DNA of 64,000 nucleotides, taken from Neophaeotheca triangularis. Taxonomy: Eukaryota. How positions within the stretch are numbered: the stretch's first letter is position 1; every line of letters starts with the position of its first letter. Both the position numbers and the translations under genes were made by a program. The notes beneath the pieces are model-generated. The model ran no database searches, was not told the DNA's origin, and was given only the letters and a program-made list of their open reading frames with translations. This document shows positions 24,268-36,692 of the stretch, piece by piece. Location of the stretch: the NCBI GenBank assembly GCA_054600435.1, contig BAAIJX010000038.1, positions 62,001 through 126,000 of the forward strand, written 5' to 3'.

Positions 24268-24564
24268 CTAGCGCGGCTTGGCGCAGACCTCACCTCGTCA
24301 CATTCCTAGGTACCAGGTAACATTTTCAATTGCAATATCACTAAAGACATTATAAAAGCAACTCGCCGGGAAAGGAGTCTGCTTTTGTCGACGGTCGCTA
24401 TTTGTTCTTCGTTTCTTGTACATATCGGAGTTTACAGACTGCCGTCCAGGATTTGATCATGAGCGCCTGCGAAACGACATCATCCGACGATCTTTGAGCC
24501 TAACAACACTCGCTATACATTGCTACCATCTATCTGGTCATTCGGAAAAAGATTTCCAGCCACC

Positions 24565-25813
24565 ATGATTCTCGGCCAGATAGCATGGCTTGACTGCATA
24601 GCTTTCCTTGTCTTTCTTACCCCGCAACTCATAATACACGTCGGCTTCGTGACAACTGCAATATGCGGTATAAAAGCATTGCCTTTTCTCCGTAAGCTCC
24701 GCCCACCCGCACTCCAACACTATCTATACTCACTAACCTCTAGTAGCATTAATGCCTCTCCGTCTAATCCGCGAACGCTACTTCACCCGTAAACAGCAAC
24801 AATCCCCCTTTGTCCAGCGCGCTTCCCTCTTCCAAGACATTGTTATCCGCTGCGTGCGCTACGCCTTCGCCAACATCCCCGCTTCCATCGGCGCCGTCTT
24901 CTTCTCCAAGAATGTTGCCCTTCCCTTCCTCCGCTTCCGCATGCTGCGCCACGGCCACTGGAAAAGCCCTCTTGCCTGGCAAGAAGTCAACCGCAACGGC
25001 CTGCGCGGCATCTTCATGATCACCGACTCCAGTCGGCGCCCGGACATTGTAATCTACTACTGCCACGGCGGTGGTTTCAGTATGGGCTCCTCCTACTTCT
25101 ACATGGAATTCCTTTGGGCCTGGATGCACATCCTAGCGGAAAACGGGTACTCCAACCCCGCCGTCTTCGCTCTAGAGTACACTCTTGTCCCGGAAGCAAC
25201 CTACCCGACCCAAGTCCAAGAAACCCTCGCAGGGTACAAGTACGTGCTATCTCTTGCGCCCGATCCTTCCCGTATAGTCATCAGCGGCGACTCCGCGGGC
25301 GCAACTCTGATCCTCAGCCTTGTGCTCCTTCTCTCCGACTACGCGGGCATGCGAGCCAAGCTCCCCGCTCTGGCCATTCCGATCTCGCCCTGGGCGACCC
25401 TGATTTCGGAGAAGAACAAAGACACGCCCTCCGACTACCTCAACGCCGAAAGTCTGCATCTCTACGGCTCGCAGTACATCGGTACCAAGGCCTCGGCGAC
25501 GGATGCTCTAGTCTCGCCGGGTGCGTGTAAAGACAAGGCGTGGTGGCGACGGGCTTCGCCGACGAAGGGATGGTTTTTCGTTTATGGAGCTGAAGAGGTC
25601 TTCGCTCCCGAGACGAGAGATTTGATGGAGCTGTTGAGGGAGACGGGGGCGGAGGTTGTCGGGCATGAGGAGCCAGGGTGGATTCATGCTTGGCCAGTTG
25701 TGAAGTTGTTCTTGTGCGATTCGCAGGAGGAACGGCAAAGTGGGTTGAGGAGGATTGTAAAGGAGATCTGTGGGAAGGTGCCGGTTGGGCAGGATGGTAA
25801 GTCTCCTGACTAA
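24565..25813 (+). CDS. Alpha/beta hydrolase fold-3 (hormone-sensitive lipase family, Say1/steryl deacetylase-like) with N-terminal hydrophobic segment, 2 exons
   Basis: ATG 24565; intron 24692-24743; motifs HGGG, 'YPTQ', GDSAG, 'ISPW', 'HAWP'. Confidence 0.88.
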
Positions 25814-25969
25814 GCGGGACTCATTAAGGCGTGCTAACTTTTTGTGATCATTTCTAGGGAGCGACTGAGGAGTATCGTAACTTTCGTACAGCAAGGTACA
25901 TGCCGTGGTCTACCCATTAACATTATCATGATCCTTGGTATCGTATGAAGCCTTGCTCTTGCTCATTTC

Positions 25970-27231
25970 CTAGAAGATCTCATCAAGCTCAGCGGCCAGC
26001 GGATCCCTCGCGACAAGGAGTTTCCAATCTGCTTCGGACACCTCATGCTTGCCAAGGGGCGCGGTATCGTTGACCCATCCCACGGTTCTCTCCTCCCTGC
26101 CTGCTTCTACGCCCATGTCCGAGCAGAGGTCCAATAGGTTAGGATGACTGAGCGGGCGTTAGCTAAACTCGACTTAACCCTGCATGGCTTTCTCTACCCA
26201 GAGCCAGCCCTACCTGGTACTGGCAAGATCTGCTTTCTCAAATACTTTGGCCGGGCCGCACTGGACGGTCTAGACATCATTAGGAAAAGAAATCGACGGA
26301 AAGGCGACGCTCGACAAGCCTTACCTGAACCCTGCCAGCGCTTGATCCGACCCATGGCGCGAAATCCGAGCCCGATCCCGCGTCGGTCTTGGTCTTTCAA
26401 GGTGTCAGTATCCAGATAGGCCCCTCTGGCAAGCAAGCACGACTTACCGGAAAGTGTCCGACAGCATAATCAACAGCAATGTGAGACCCAGCCGAGCGAA
26501 CCGATTTGTCGTCGTACTGGACGGACACGGAGTTCTGGTCAGCATCCGTGGGAACCTAGATCATGTTAGTGCTTGATGGGATGACATGGCAGACGGCAAC
26601 GACTTACAACGACATCATCGACGGCTCCGGCCGAGAGCATCAATTCTTCGGAATGCGGACTAGACATTGAGCCTTCCTCAGCGCCGGAGGCACACTCGAT
26701 GCTATTAGTGCCTGACAGAACGATATGGTATGCTGGAACGGCGTACGATGACGATGGAACCTCCATCGTCGAGGCCAACCAAAGCTTTCTGTTCCAACAC
26801 GAGCGTGGGAGCATCCATGAACCCGCCATCCTCGTCGACCTAGGTCCCCGTCACTGAGGTCCTTGACGACGTTGCTTTTGGGGAAGATTGCTTACCTCGA
26901 CGACATGTTCGTTACGATGATTCTTGAATGTGTCGGCGACCGACATCTCGACACCGGATTGGAACATCGAACCGATGCCGGCCAGGTCGGCCTCGGTGCC
27001 GCCGATAGCTTTGCTGATACCGAGAAGGGACGCAGCGATGTCGTCGGCTGCTATGGCATTGGCGTTGGGAAAAGCGTCGATGTAGTCCCGGGCTGGAGCA
27101 GCACCTTTCTTGTTGTCGGAACCTGATTGAGGGATTTGGGTGGATCGAGACAAGGATTCGATGTTGCCGAGCATGTTGACAACGTGTTCTGGGGGCATGG
27201 TGGCAGGGTTTGAGTTCATGGACGTTGACAT
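25970..27231 (-). CDS. Orphan protein A (~308 aa, 7 exons), paralog of the gene at 28222-29248
   Basis: Exons 26896-27231, 26747-26839, 26608-26694, 26448-26555, 26325-26393, 26214-26269, 25970-26147 splice into one open frame ending 'DWKLLVARDPLAAELDEIF*'. Introns are 52-66 nt with GT donors and branch points; intron 2 needs an uncommon GAG acceptor. Confidence 0.7.
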
Positions 27232-28221
27232 GTTACTAGGTGGTGACGGGATCGTCGGTGGAGGTCAGGACTGGGTTGGGTAAAAAAGATTGGGACTCGG
27301 CAGTCGACGAGAGAGAGAAAAGCGAAGATGCGGTTATCGCCTCTGTCTCGACGGGATAAGTTGAGGAATCTAAGCTGGAAGGCGTGGAACAAATACTCCA
27401 GGACTCGGGCGAGGAGCGGGACTTAAATGTAGAGGAGGGCATCGCTGGCATCGCTGGTTTGTGTCAAATGGGATTCCTTGTCACTAGAGATTTACACCCA
27501 ATTAGGGTGGGGGTTGTGAAAGGGTGCATGTTGCTTGGCTTGCGAAATGCACCAGCAGCATTGGACTCGCTAAATTCTTAGGGGGCAACCAAGCTTTACG
27601 CAGCCTTCTCAGCTTCGTTGTCGGGGTCAGTACTAGTAGGTACAGTACATTGAGTACCTTAGCTTGCAGCCAAAGGACAATTACACGGGCGCCTGATGTA
27701 CTCGATTGGACCGAGCTTTGTGGGGAAAAGAGGCAAATCTCGCAATGCATCCTACGCAAACAACGATGAGTCTGTCAACTCCAGCTCACGTGAACCGTCC
27801 TGCAGCCTGCCTCACCAGGTTCACGTACAACTGTGCTGTAAGAGCTTTGGAAATGCCCAGACGGCTTCGATTCTGCTCTGAAATTTTTGAATGGCAGAAA
27901 GAACATGGCACAGGCTAATCATCTCGTTCCCAGCGAGACGCTGCGGATACCCACCATCCGTCAGCCCTGGACTAGTTCGTGACAAGGGTGCAGTCCACGG
28001 TGCAAAATCTCAGAGCAGGCAAGAGATATCACAATGAGAATACGCAATAGCGGCGTGCAAAGCCCCACGGTGCTATTGACAGCACCGGAACTGATTCCTT
28101 GCTGCTCAAAGCCGAAGATGTCGGCATAGCGGCGATGGCTGCGTCGGCTCGGGGCTTGCATTATAAAGACGCGGTCAAGAAACGAAGGCAGGCTGGATGG
28201 AATTGTATGTTACTGTTGGGC

Positions 28222-29248
28222 TCAATTCTGCCTGCCCATTCCATCGATCTCGGCAGCCAAAGGGTCCTTTTCATCAAGCGTCTCCCACTCGCCCTCGAGC
28301 ATTTCGACCCTACTTTTACAACCCTCGAGGCCTTGCAACCACTGCCTCACCATCGCATGCTTGTCGCCCTCGACGAATCCAGTATGGAAAATACTTGACG
28401 GAGCGCAGTGGCTTGAGGGGTGTCAGCGGCTGCAATCATTGATGGTCCGACCGACCGGCTCAGGACTGGACTTACATATCACCTCCATGGCCTTCCTCTT
28501 GAGCATCGTCGGTCTTCCCAGGCATATGTCTAGTCTTCTCTTGCATCAGCATCGGTTGGGCTCGGGTGACGCCAGGCGGTTACTCACCGGGACATTGCTG
28601 GCTATCGTATCAAGATCGAAGGGGCTGACGACCCGGGAGATCGATGTCCCATCTTCCTGGACGAACATCGGCGGCTCGTCAGTAGCCAGGTTGGCCTTGG
28701 TCTCGTTAGCTCACGGCGAGATGGTGCAGTAAGGCGACGACTTGCCGAAATTCTCTGGATGGTCTCGACGACATGTGAAGAGCCGTTGACAGGATCGACT
28801 GAGGCCTGACTGTCAAGCAAGAACCTCGAAGAAGCAAGCTTATCCGCGGTAGAGGACTAAGATTCGTTAGCGAACGTGAATCAACACGAATCCAACAGCG
28901 ACGTACCGCTGTGAGCTTGACGATACCACCGGCTCTGGCAGGCTCGTCGAGGTACCCGGCCAACGACCTGTGATGCGACGCAAATGCCGAGCCTATCCCG
29001 ACTAGATCGCTATCGATTTCGTGGAAGGCATTGATGGGTTCCGAAGACGAAGAGGCCTCTTTCGTAGAGTCGAAAGCGTGATTGCCATTGTCTCTGGTAG
29101 GGAACGGGTCGCCGTAGCGGTCGGGACTTTCTGTTACCGCGTTTAGGGATTGCCGGCTCTCCCATGATGTGACCGTGGCCAAGGTCGAGGTGATATCGTT
29201 GGGAGATGCTGATTGCTGGGCGTTTGCAGTGTTGGTAGGCGATACCAT
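28222..29248 (-). CDS. Orphan protein B (~269 aa, 5 exons), paralog of the gene at 25970-27231
   Basis: Exons 28907-29248, 28746-28856, 28588-28695, 28476-28534, 28222-28411 give an open frame ending 'EWETLDEKDPLAAEIDGMGRQN*'. Intron 28696-28745 has a GC donor (GCAAGT). Confidence 0.68.
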
Positions 29249-29414
29249 GGTGCCGGTACTGCAAGCTTTGGTGATAGTTTGAACCATAGCTCGACAAAGT
29301 TTGAGACCTATTAGGGTCACGAAAGCGCGACGGTTCACGGTGGTGTTGTTACGTGGTGGAAGCACGAGGGTATGATTCCGGTAAATATGGGAAGAAACAA
29401 GACCCGCCGAACAA

Positions 29415-29459
29415 GACCAGCGAGGAAGCGACCAGCGAGGAAGCGACCAGCGAGGAAGC
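29415..29459. repeat. 15-bp tandem repeat (GACCAGCGAGGAAGC)x3
   Basis: Three perfect copies read directly, upstream of orphan B. Confidence 0.9.
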
Positions 29460-30640
29460 CATCCTACTTATAGGAACGCCATCAATACCTGCCCTCGTCC
29501 GAGGCCAGGGTATCTTATGTCGTGGTGCTGTAAATTGCTGTCTAGATGCCAGAGAGATCGAAAAGCTGCCCTACCACCTGTAGTCCAATCAGCCACTGCC
29601 CTGCCTTACAATCCGGACCGGACCAGTAGTAGATCGAGCTGCTTAAATATGCAATGCGAACCGGTTGCCTGGATAATCCTGATCTTCGCGGCAGCCACGG
29701 AAGCCTCGCAGCCACAGAAGCCACGAGCTCTAGGGAAGCTCCCTCTCTGACAAGCGTGACCGATTTGAAGCCGCGCATGGTTAATAGTGAATTACGTGCA
29801 CACCCGGGTCTTGGAGCTGATTCTCTGGGCGCTCAACAAGGTAGGTACCTTACTAGATAGTTGACATTTGACACCCGATGTTCGGCTTAAGATATGCCGA
29901 AAGAGCAGCTCGCTTTTCAACTTTTGCGAGTTAGGTTGCTACGGTCTACCAAAACACCGTGGCTTCGTATTTGGGGGCGTTTGATATTTAAAGAATTCAA
30001 AAACCTCATGGCCTAATAGCAGTGCGCTAAGGTACCCAAGGTAATTTTCTTACTTGGCTAGGTCGTTCTCAACCGTTTTGTTCGTCATGCCCGTGACCTA
30101 AAGCCTAGAGTGGTTGGTTGGTCATTTTGCAACATTCAACCTCCTTCGTCTCCACTGTGATATTGTTATCTCTCTAAGAACTCGATTCTTCCTGGAAAAC
30201 CCAAGTGAAGTAAGTACCTGAGAGTGCAGTACCTAGGTAATGTTTGCTGATGAAGTCGCTTTTTGCACCTTCCTTATTAGGTTACCTTAAGGCACCTTAT
30301 CAAGTTATGCCTACTTGGTACCTGACTCCAGAGCCGCTAGAGGCACCATTGCACCGCCACTATCCACTTCCATACTCCTCCACATTCTCCGCTTCTCCAC
30401 ACTCTGCACGTTCCTTCCCACGTGCCACGATGCGAGGCAATTTAGACTTCATCACCCCTCTTCTTTACCGTCACATCATCCGCAATAGATCATTACCGAC
30501 GACCGAGGATATTCATTAAGACTGTATATTGGTAGGTACATTTGTGTCATTTTTGTTGATCCGTCAGTTACACAGCTCTTCTTCTTCCTTTCCACCTCAA
30601 ATTTCGTAAGTGGAACCTTCTTATCTAGTCCAGATTCATC

Positions 30641-32575
30641 ATGGGAGGCACAAAGCCATGGCCTGAGGTGGCCGTTGGCAACAAAGATCGCGGGACTGCG
30701 GCTGTCCTTATTATCGGTGGTGGGATCAGTGGCATGTGTGCTGCGATTGACCTCATCAAGAGGGATAACTGCAGAAACTTTATTATTGTCGAAAAGTCGA
30801 CTTCATTTGGGGGCACTTGGTATGGATTCCTCTATTCTCATTTCCCTCGATCATAGCACTAACGCATGTGCAGGAATGACAACCGCTACCCAGGTGCCTG
30901 CTGCGATGTCTGGAGCACCCTGTACAGCTATTCGTTCGCCCAAAAGTCTGACTGGACGAGGGAGTATCCAGGCCAGGAAGAGATCTTGGAGTACTTGATA
31001 AGAATGGCCCAAGAGTACGGCCTCTTGCAGCATGTAAGATTCAATACAAGTGTAGAGGAAGCAGTGTGGGACGACGAGGCGAGCAAGTGGCGGACCAGGG
31101 TGACCACGGCAAGTGGCAGCAAAGATTCGGAATTTAGTGGCGAGTATACAATCAGCAGCGACTTCTTGATCAGCGCGGTTGGGCAGCTCAACTCCCCCAA
31201 GTGGCCGGAGATTGAAGGCGTAGAAAGCTTTGCTGGGAAGAAGATGCATTCGGCGAGATGGGACTGGTCGTACGATCTGAAAGACAAGAAGATTGCTTTA
31301 TTGGGCAATGGTATGAGCACACTACCGATGGGATGATATTATCCCGCTGACAAGAAGACGAAGGCTGTACTGCCGCTCAGATCCTCCCAGAAATCGCACA
31401 AGTAGCGAAGGAGATTACCGTCTTCCAACGAACGCCCAACTGGGTCATCCCTCGCATGGACCAACCTGTCTCAGCTCTTCAGCGCAACATCCTCACATAT
31501 CTTCCTCCCGTACGCTGGCGCAAGCGAGCTGAGCAGATGGACTTCCGAGAGAGCTTCTACGATGCAGTCATTGATGGACAATCGCCCTTCGCCGGAGATA
31601 TCAAAGAGCAGTGCGTCAACCAGATGAAGGAGGCCCTGCCTGGCCAGCCGGATCTGTGGGAGAAGTTGACGCCAAAGTACAACGTCGGTTGCAAGCGTGT
31701 AATCATCTCAGATGACTACTATCCCGCGCTCGCCCTTCCTCACGTTTCTCTTGAAACTAGACCGATCGCGAACATTGGCGGCAACGCTGTAAACGTTACC
31801 AACGAAGACGGCAAGGTCGAAGCAGTCAAGGATGACTACGATCTTCTGGTCTGCGCCACAGGCTTCAACACAACAGAGTTCCTCCACCCGATCAAGATGA
31901 CTGGTCGGAACGGTCGCCAACTGGGCAACGTCTGGAAGAACGGTGCTCAAGCCTTCTACGGTGTATGTGTCGAAGATATGCCCAACTTCGGCATGCTATA
32001 CGGACCCAACACGAACCTCGGCCGTAAGTGAAACCTCAAAACCGATGCATGCAGACCTTTTTCAAAGACCCCTCACTAACCATTGCGACTCTGCAGACAA
32101 TTCCATCATCCTAATGATCGAGTCCCAGTCCCGCTACATCTCCGGCCTCCTCCGCCCGATCCTCTCCGCCCTTAAATCCAACCAAAGCCTCACCGTCCGC
32201 CCCAAACCAGAGCGAATGGCAGCTTACAACGCCCGCATACAGACGATCCTCCAAAATTCCTCCTTCAACGATCCAAACTGCAACAGCTGGTACAAAAATG
32301 ACGCGGGTGTCATTACGAACAACTGGTCCGGGACTGTGGTGGAGTATCAGAAGTTGCTGGAAGTAGTGGACTTGGAGGGGGACTATATTGTGGAGGGGAG
32401 CGGGAGTGGTAAGGCCGAGGAAGTAGGTGGGAAGGTTTGGGTTGGCAGGGTTAGGGAGGAGACGTATGTTAGTGGGACTGCTGTGGGTGTTTTGGGTGTT
32501 GTCGGGGCTGTGGCGGTGATCGGTGGATGGATGTTGAGGAATTCGAGGATTTTGGAGAGTGTGAGGGTGAGATGA
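30641..32575 (+). CDS. Flavin-binding monooxygenase (Baeyer-Villiger type I fingerprint) with C-terminal hydrophobic segment, 4 exons
   Basis: GGGISG FAD motif, 'GGTWNDNRYPG', FAGKKMHSARWD (FxGxxxHxxxWD), GNGCTAAQ NADPH motif, 'CATGF', 'YGPNTNLGHNS'; introns 30820-30873, 31311-31363, 32024-32096. Confidence 0.93.
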
Positions 32576-33044
32576 AGACTGAATTGTCCTCGTTTGCGAG
32601 AGGTCTTCGGACGTCAGGCTGTTTTGGGTACAGTTTATGCGGTTGTCGCTTGAAATGTTAGGAGCCCACACTTTGTGAATACACAAGTGACGATACCCAA
32701 CGGCGGTACGTCGTTGGTGTTGTAGAATTTCCCTCGCGAATCGAAGCATGCTATTCATGGGCTTTTCAGACTTGACTGCAAGCTCTACACAATGCGCATC
32801 TGAGAGTTTGATCCGTCTAGAGAGCCTCTGTGTTCGAGACCTGCAAAGTGAGGTCTAACCCCAGCCCTATACCTTGTAACAAGCATAATGCGGGAGCAGC
32901 CGCTGGTTGGGGTCCACCTTCACATGCAATGGAACTTCCAGCTCGCAATACTTGAGCTTGGAGCACAATAACCAGACCAACATCTTCAACCCGAACTCCT
33001 TATGAACTACCCTTATAAACTACAATCCTTTGCCATTCGCCAAC

Positions 33045-34031
33045 ATGCCGCCATCAGGTAATCACTTCTCCCGCGCTGTTCCCAGTCTACCCTCACTAAT
33101 CCAACTCCGCGAAGACACCGCGACCCAGAACACACCACTTGCGCCGAGCGTTGAGAAGGCCTACTACCGCAAATGTATCGAGCTAAAACGTCGCTTGAAT
33201 GAAGTCGAAGCCGCAAATGACGAGGCAAATCTACGTCGCGTGCGCCTCGACCGCGCGATCATGAAAATGCGCCTGGAACGGGCTTTCCTACTCGAACAAC
33301 TGAGCAAGCGGATGGAACAAAACAACGACGGCAGCGAGGGAAGCGGAGACGAGGGTCTGGCTACGGTATGCCACCGCTACATCCTCTATAGTAGCTCGGT
33401 GCTGGGAGCCTGAGCAGGAGAGTTTGAGGTACATCTACTAATACTGGCTCAACAGCCCCCGCCCGACCGTCCCCACCGCGACAAGCGCCGCAAACCCACC
33501 AACCCCTCCAACAATACCGCCAACAACGCCCCCAACCCCCCAGCTACATCTTCTCAACCACCTCCCGCGAACACAAACCGTGGCAGCTCCTTCCAGACCC
33601 CCCGCGCCAACTCCGGCTCAACCCCCATGGTCCAAGGCCCCAACGGCACCCTCGTACCCGCCAACGCCGCGACTGAATCCGGCGAACACCTGTACCTAAA
33701 TCCCCAAGAACTAGCAGCAGCACAAGCGGGCCAGCGCGGAAATGTCTATCCACTTCATCCACAGCAGCAACCGCAACAGCCACATCACAGTCCTTATGGA
33801 CAAGCGCCGACGCCTTCAGCCGCCAACGGCCACGCTGCTGCGGATGCTTCCGAGGAGAGGGGCGAAAGGGGCAACCAGAGCTCGGGTGCTACGGATGAGG
33901 CTATGAGTGCTGGGCCAGCGGGGCAGGAACTGCAGAATGGAGAGAGGAGGGGTTTGGCGGGGTCCGAGTCGTTGCCGCCGAGGGAGACGGAGGATCAGGG
34001 TGCTGGGGGTTTTACGGCCGTGAACCAGTAA
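33045..34031 (+). CDS. INO80-complex-associated coiled-coil protein (resembles the N-terminal domain of fungal Nhp10-type proteins); no HMG box seen; 3 exons
   Basis: 'SVEKAYYRKCIELKRRLNEVEAAND...MRLERAFLLEQL' coiled coil; introns 33058-33114 and 33366-33455 connect in frame to ORF 33627-34031. Family assignment is from recall. Confidence 0.62.
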
Positions 34032-34634
34032 TGCTGGATTGGGGCGTGGGTGTTGTTGCTGGACGAGTTTTTCGTCCTGGACTCCGAAGCAGCTAATTCA
34101 CGGGCTGACTTAGGGTTGAAATCGTTCTTCCAGCAGGTTTCAGGCATGAGCAGAGAGGTATTTGTGAGGTCGGGGTTTCCCATGTTGAAAAGCAGATGAA
34201 CCATAAGCTGGGGCTGCCCACGTACCAACTGGGCTTCCCTGCTAGACCAATGCGATTGCTGATGCAAGAAGGCAATCAATGATACCCCCAGAGTGAGGCA
34301 TTGGAAGCGGGACATTGGCACCGTGTATCAAAATCTTCGACTCGGGCTGTACAAGGATGCCGAGTCGGACTTCTTCACTTGTGACTGCCATGATCGTTAC
34401 TGCATCAAGAAAATATCACGTCCTTGTACGCATTCGAGACATACACCCAGGAAAAGGCGATATCGATAAGCCCTCGTAGGGTTAGGGTTGTTCGACGCGA
34501 GACACGCGCCTTCCCGAGAATGGCTTCAACTTTTCCGAACAGCCCCCAGGCAGCTTGAGTGTTTGGTAAAGTATCTTGCCAACGTCACCTACATATACCA
34601 CCCAACCCAGCGACACAACAAGAAGTCCTTCAAC

Positions 34635-36430
34635 ATGTCGCTTTCCATGCCGGGTGCGCCCAACAGTGGGCTCTTCAAGCAGGGCTACCAAAAGTAAGGC
34701 CCCCTTCTCCACCAACGGGCCACCCTCACAAACAACCACATAACTAACAAACACCCCCCTACAGCTACGATGCCGAAGATGGTGCCGTCCTCCGCAACAT
34801 CGATGCCTGCCGCACAATTGCCTCGACCGTACAGACCTCCCTAGGCCCCTTTGGCCGCAACAAAATCGTCATCAACCACCTGCAGAAAATGATCCTCACA
34901 AACGACGCCGCAACCATCCTCCGTGAGCTAGAAGTCGTACACCCAGCCGCCAAGCTCCTGGTCATGGCCTCGCAACAACAAGAAGCAGAGATGGGCGACG
35001 CGACCAACATGGTCATCGTGCTGGCTGGAGAGCTCCTCCGCAAAGCTGAGGACTTGCTACGCATGGGTCTCAAGACCAGCGAGATTGTCAGTGGGTACGA
35101 GAAGGCTGGGCGAGCGGCGCTACAGTTTTTGGAGGACTTGGAAGTGGACTCTGTCGAGAACATTCGCGATCAGACCGAGTTGGCAAAGGCAATCCGCACC
35201 GTCATTGCTGCCAAGCAGGCCGGGAGTGAGGATTTTTTGGCCGGCTTGGTCGCCGAGGCGGTTTTGGCAGTCTTGCCCAAGAACCCGTTCAACTTCAATG
35301 TGGACAATGTGAGGGTTGTGAAGATTATGGGTGGGAGCTTGGAGCAGAGCAGGGTTGTCAAGGGTATGGTGTTCGGGCGTGAGCCGGCTGGGACTGTGAA
35401 GAAAGCTACCAAGTCCAAGGTGGGAGTTTTCAGCTGTCCAATCGACATCTCGCAGACGGAGACCAAGGGGACGGTTTTAATCAAGAACTCAAAGGAGCTT
35501 ATGGATTTTAGCAAGGGTGAGGAGGCGCAAATGGAGCAAGCGATCAAGGAGCTGCACGATTCGGGTATGAGGGTTGTGGTTGCTGGTGCTACTGTGGGCG
35601 AGCTGGCGATGCACTACCTCAACCGCTTTGGCATTTTGGTCATCAAGATTTTGTCAAAGTTCGAGCTCAGGCGATTGTGCAGTGTGTTGGGAGCCACACC
35701 GCTTGCTAGGCTTGGTGCGCCCATGCCGGAGGAGATGGGCAACATTGAGGTTGTCGAGACTCTCGAGATTGGCGGCGACAGGGTCACAGTGTTCAGACAG
35801 GAGAACGAGCAGACTCGCACGGCCACAATCGTGCTCAGAGGCGCCACCCAGAACCACCTCGAGGATATTGAGCGAGCAGTCGACGATGGCGTCAACGTTG
35901 TCAAGGCCATCACAAGAGACCCACGTCTGGTACCTGGCGCCGGTGCGTCCGAGATGCAGCTCATTGAGCGCATTACCGCCATGGGCGACAGGACACCAGG
36001 TCTGGCACAGTACGCGATAAGAAAGTACGCCGAAGCTTTCGAAGTCATCCCACGCACACTCGCCGAGTCAGCCGGTCTGGATGCCACGGAGGTGCTCGCC
36101 AAACTCTACACCGCCCACGCCGCAACACCCCCAAGCATAGGCACTTCCGCCAAAAAGCCCAGCAAAGATACCAAGGACTCCTCTTCAGACGAAGACTCCG
36201 ACGAGGAAGTCGCGACTCTGGGTGTCGATGTTGAGAATAACGATGGGTCGGGGACGTTGGACGCGGAGGACGAGGGCATTCTTGATCTCATGGTCGCGAA
36301 GAGCTGGGCTATCAAGCTGGCTACTGAGGCTGCAAGGACTGTGTTGAGTGTTGACCAGATTATTGTCGCCAGGCAGGCTGGTGGGCCTAAGCCGCCTGGT
36401 CCTAATCCGAACTGGGACGATGATGATTAA
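34635..36430 (+). CDS. CCT8: T-complex protein 1 subunit theta, 2 exons
   Basis: 'MSLSMPGAPNSGLFKQGY', intron 34694-34764, 'TSLGPFGRNK', 'TNDAATIL', 'GDATN', 'TETKGTVLIK', C-terminal 'AGGPKPPGPNPNWDDD'. Confidence 0.96.
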
Positions 36431-36692
36431 ATGAGTGCTCATGCTGCTGCTGCTCGAGGGTAGTGGATGTCGTCAAGGCTGTGTATATTTTACTAGCAAG
36501 ATAATGCAAAGTATGAAGACTACACGCTTGAGCAGAACTGCTTTCTTCCTGCCAATGATTGTAATGTTCGACCCAGGGTAATAAGGTATTCAGTTTGGAG
36601 CGCGCACAGACCACTCTATGTAAAGTCGACATCTTCGGATTCGAGGTTCGCACCATTCTACGTAGCACTCCCCCCAAATTGCACTTCCGTCA

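Noticed and set aside
29415..29459. Direct repeats considered as a CRISPR-like array
   Set aside because: Head-to-tail 15-mers without spacers in a eukaryotic context; an ordinary minisatellite.
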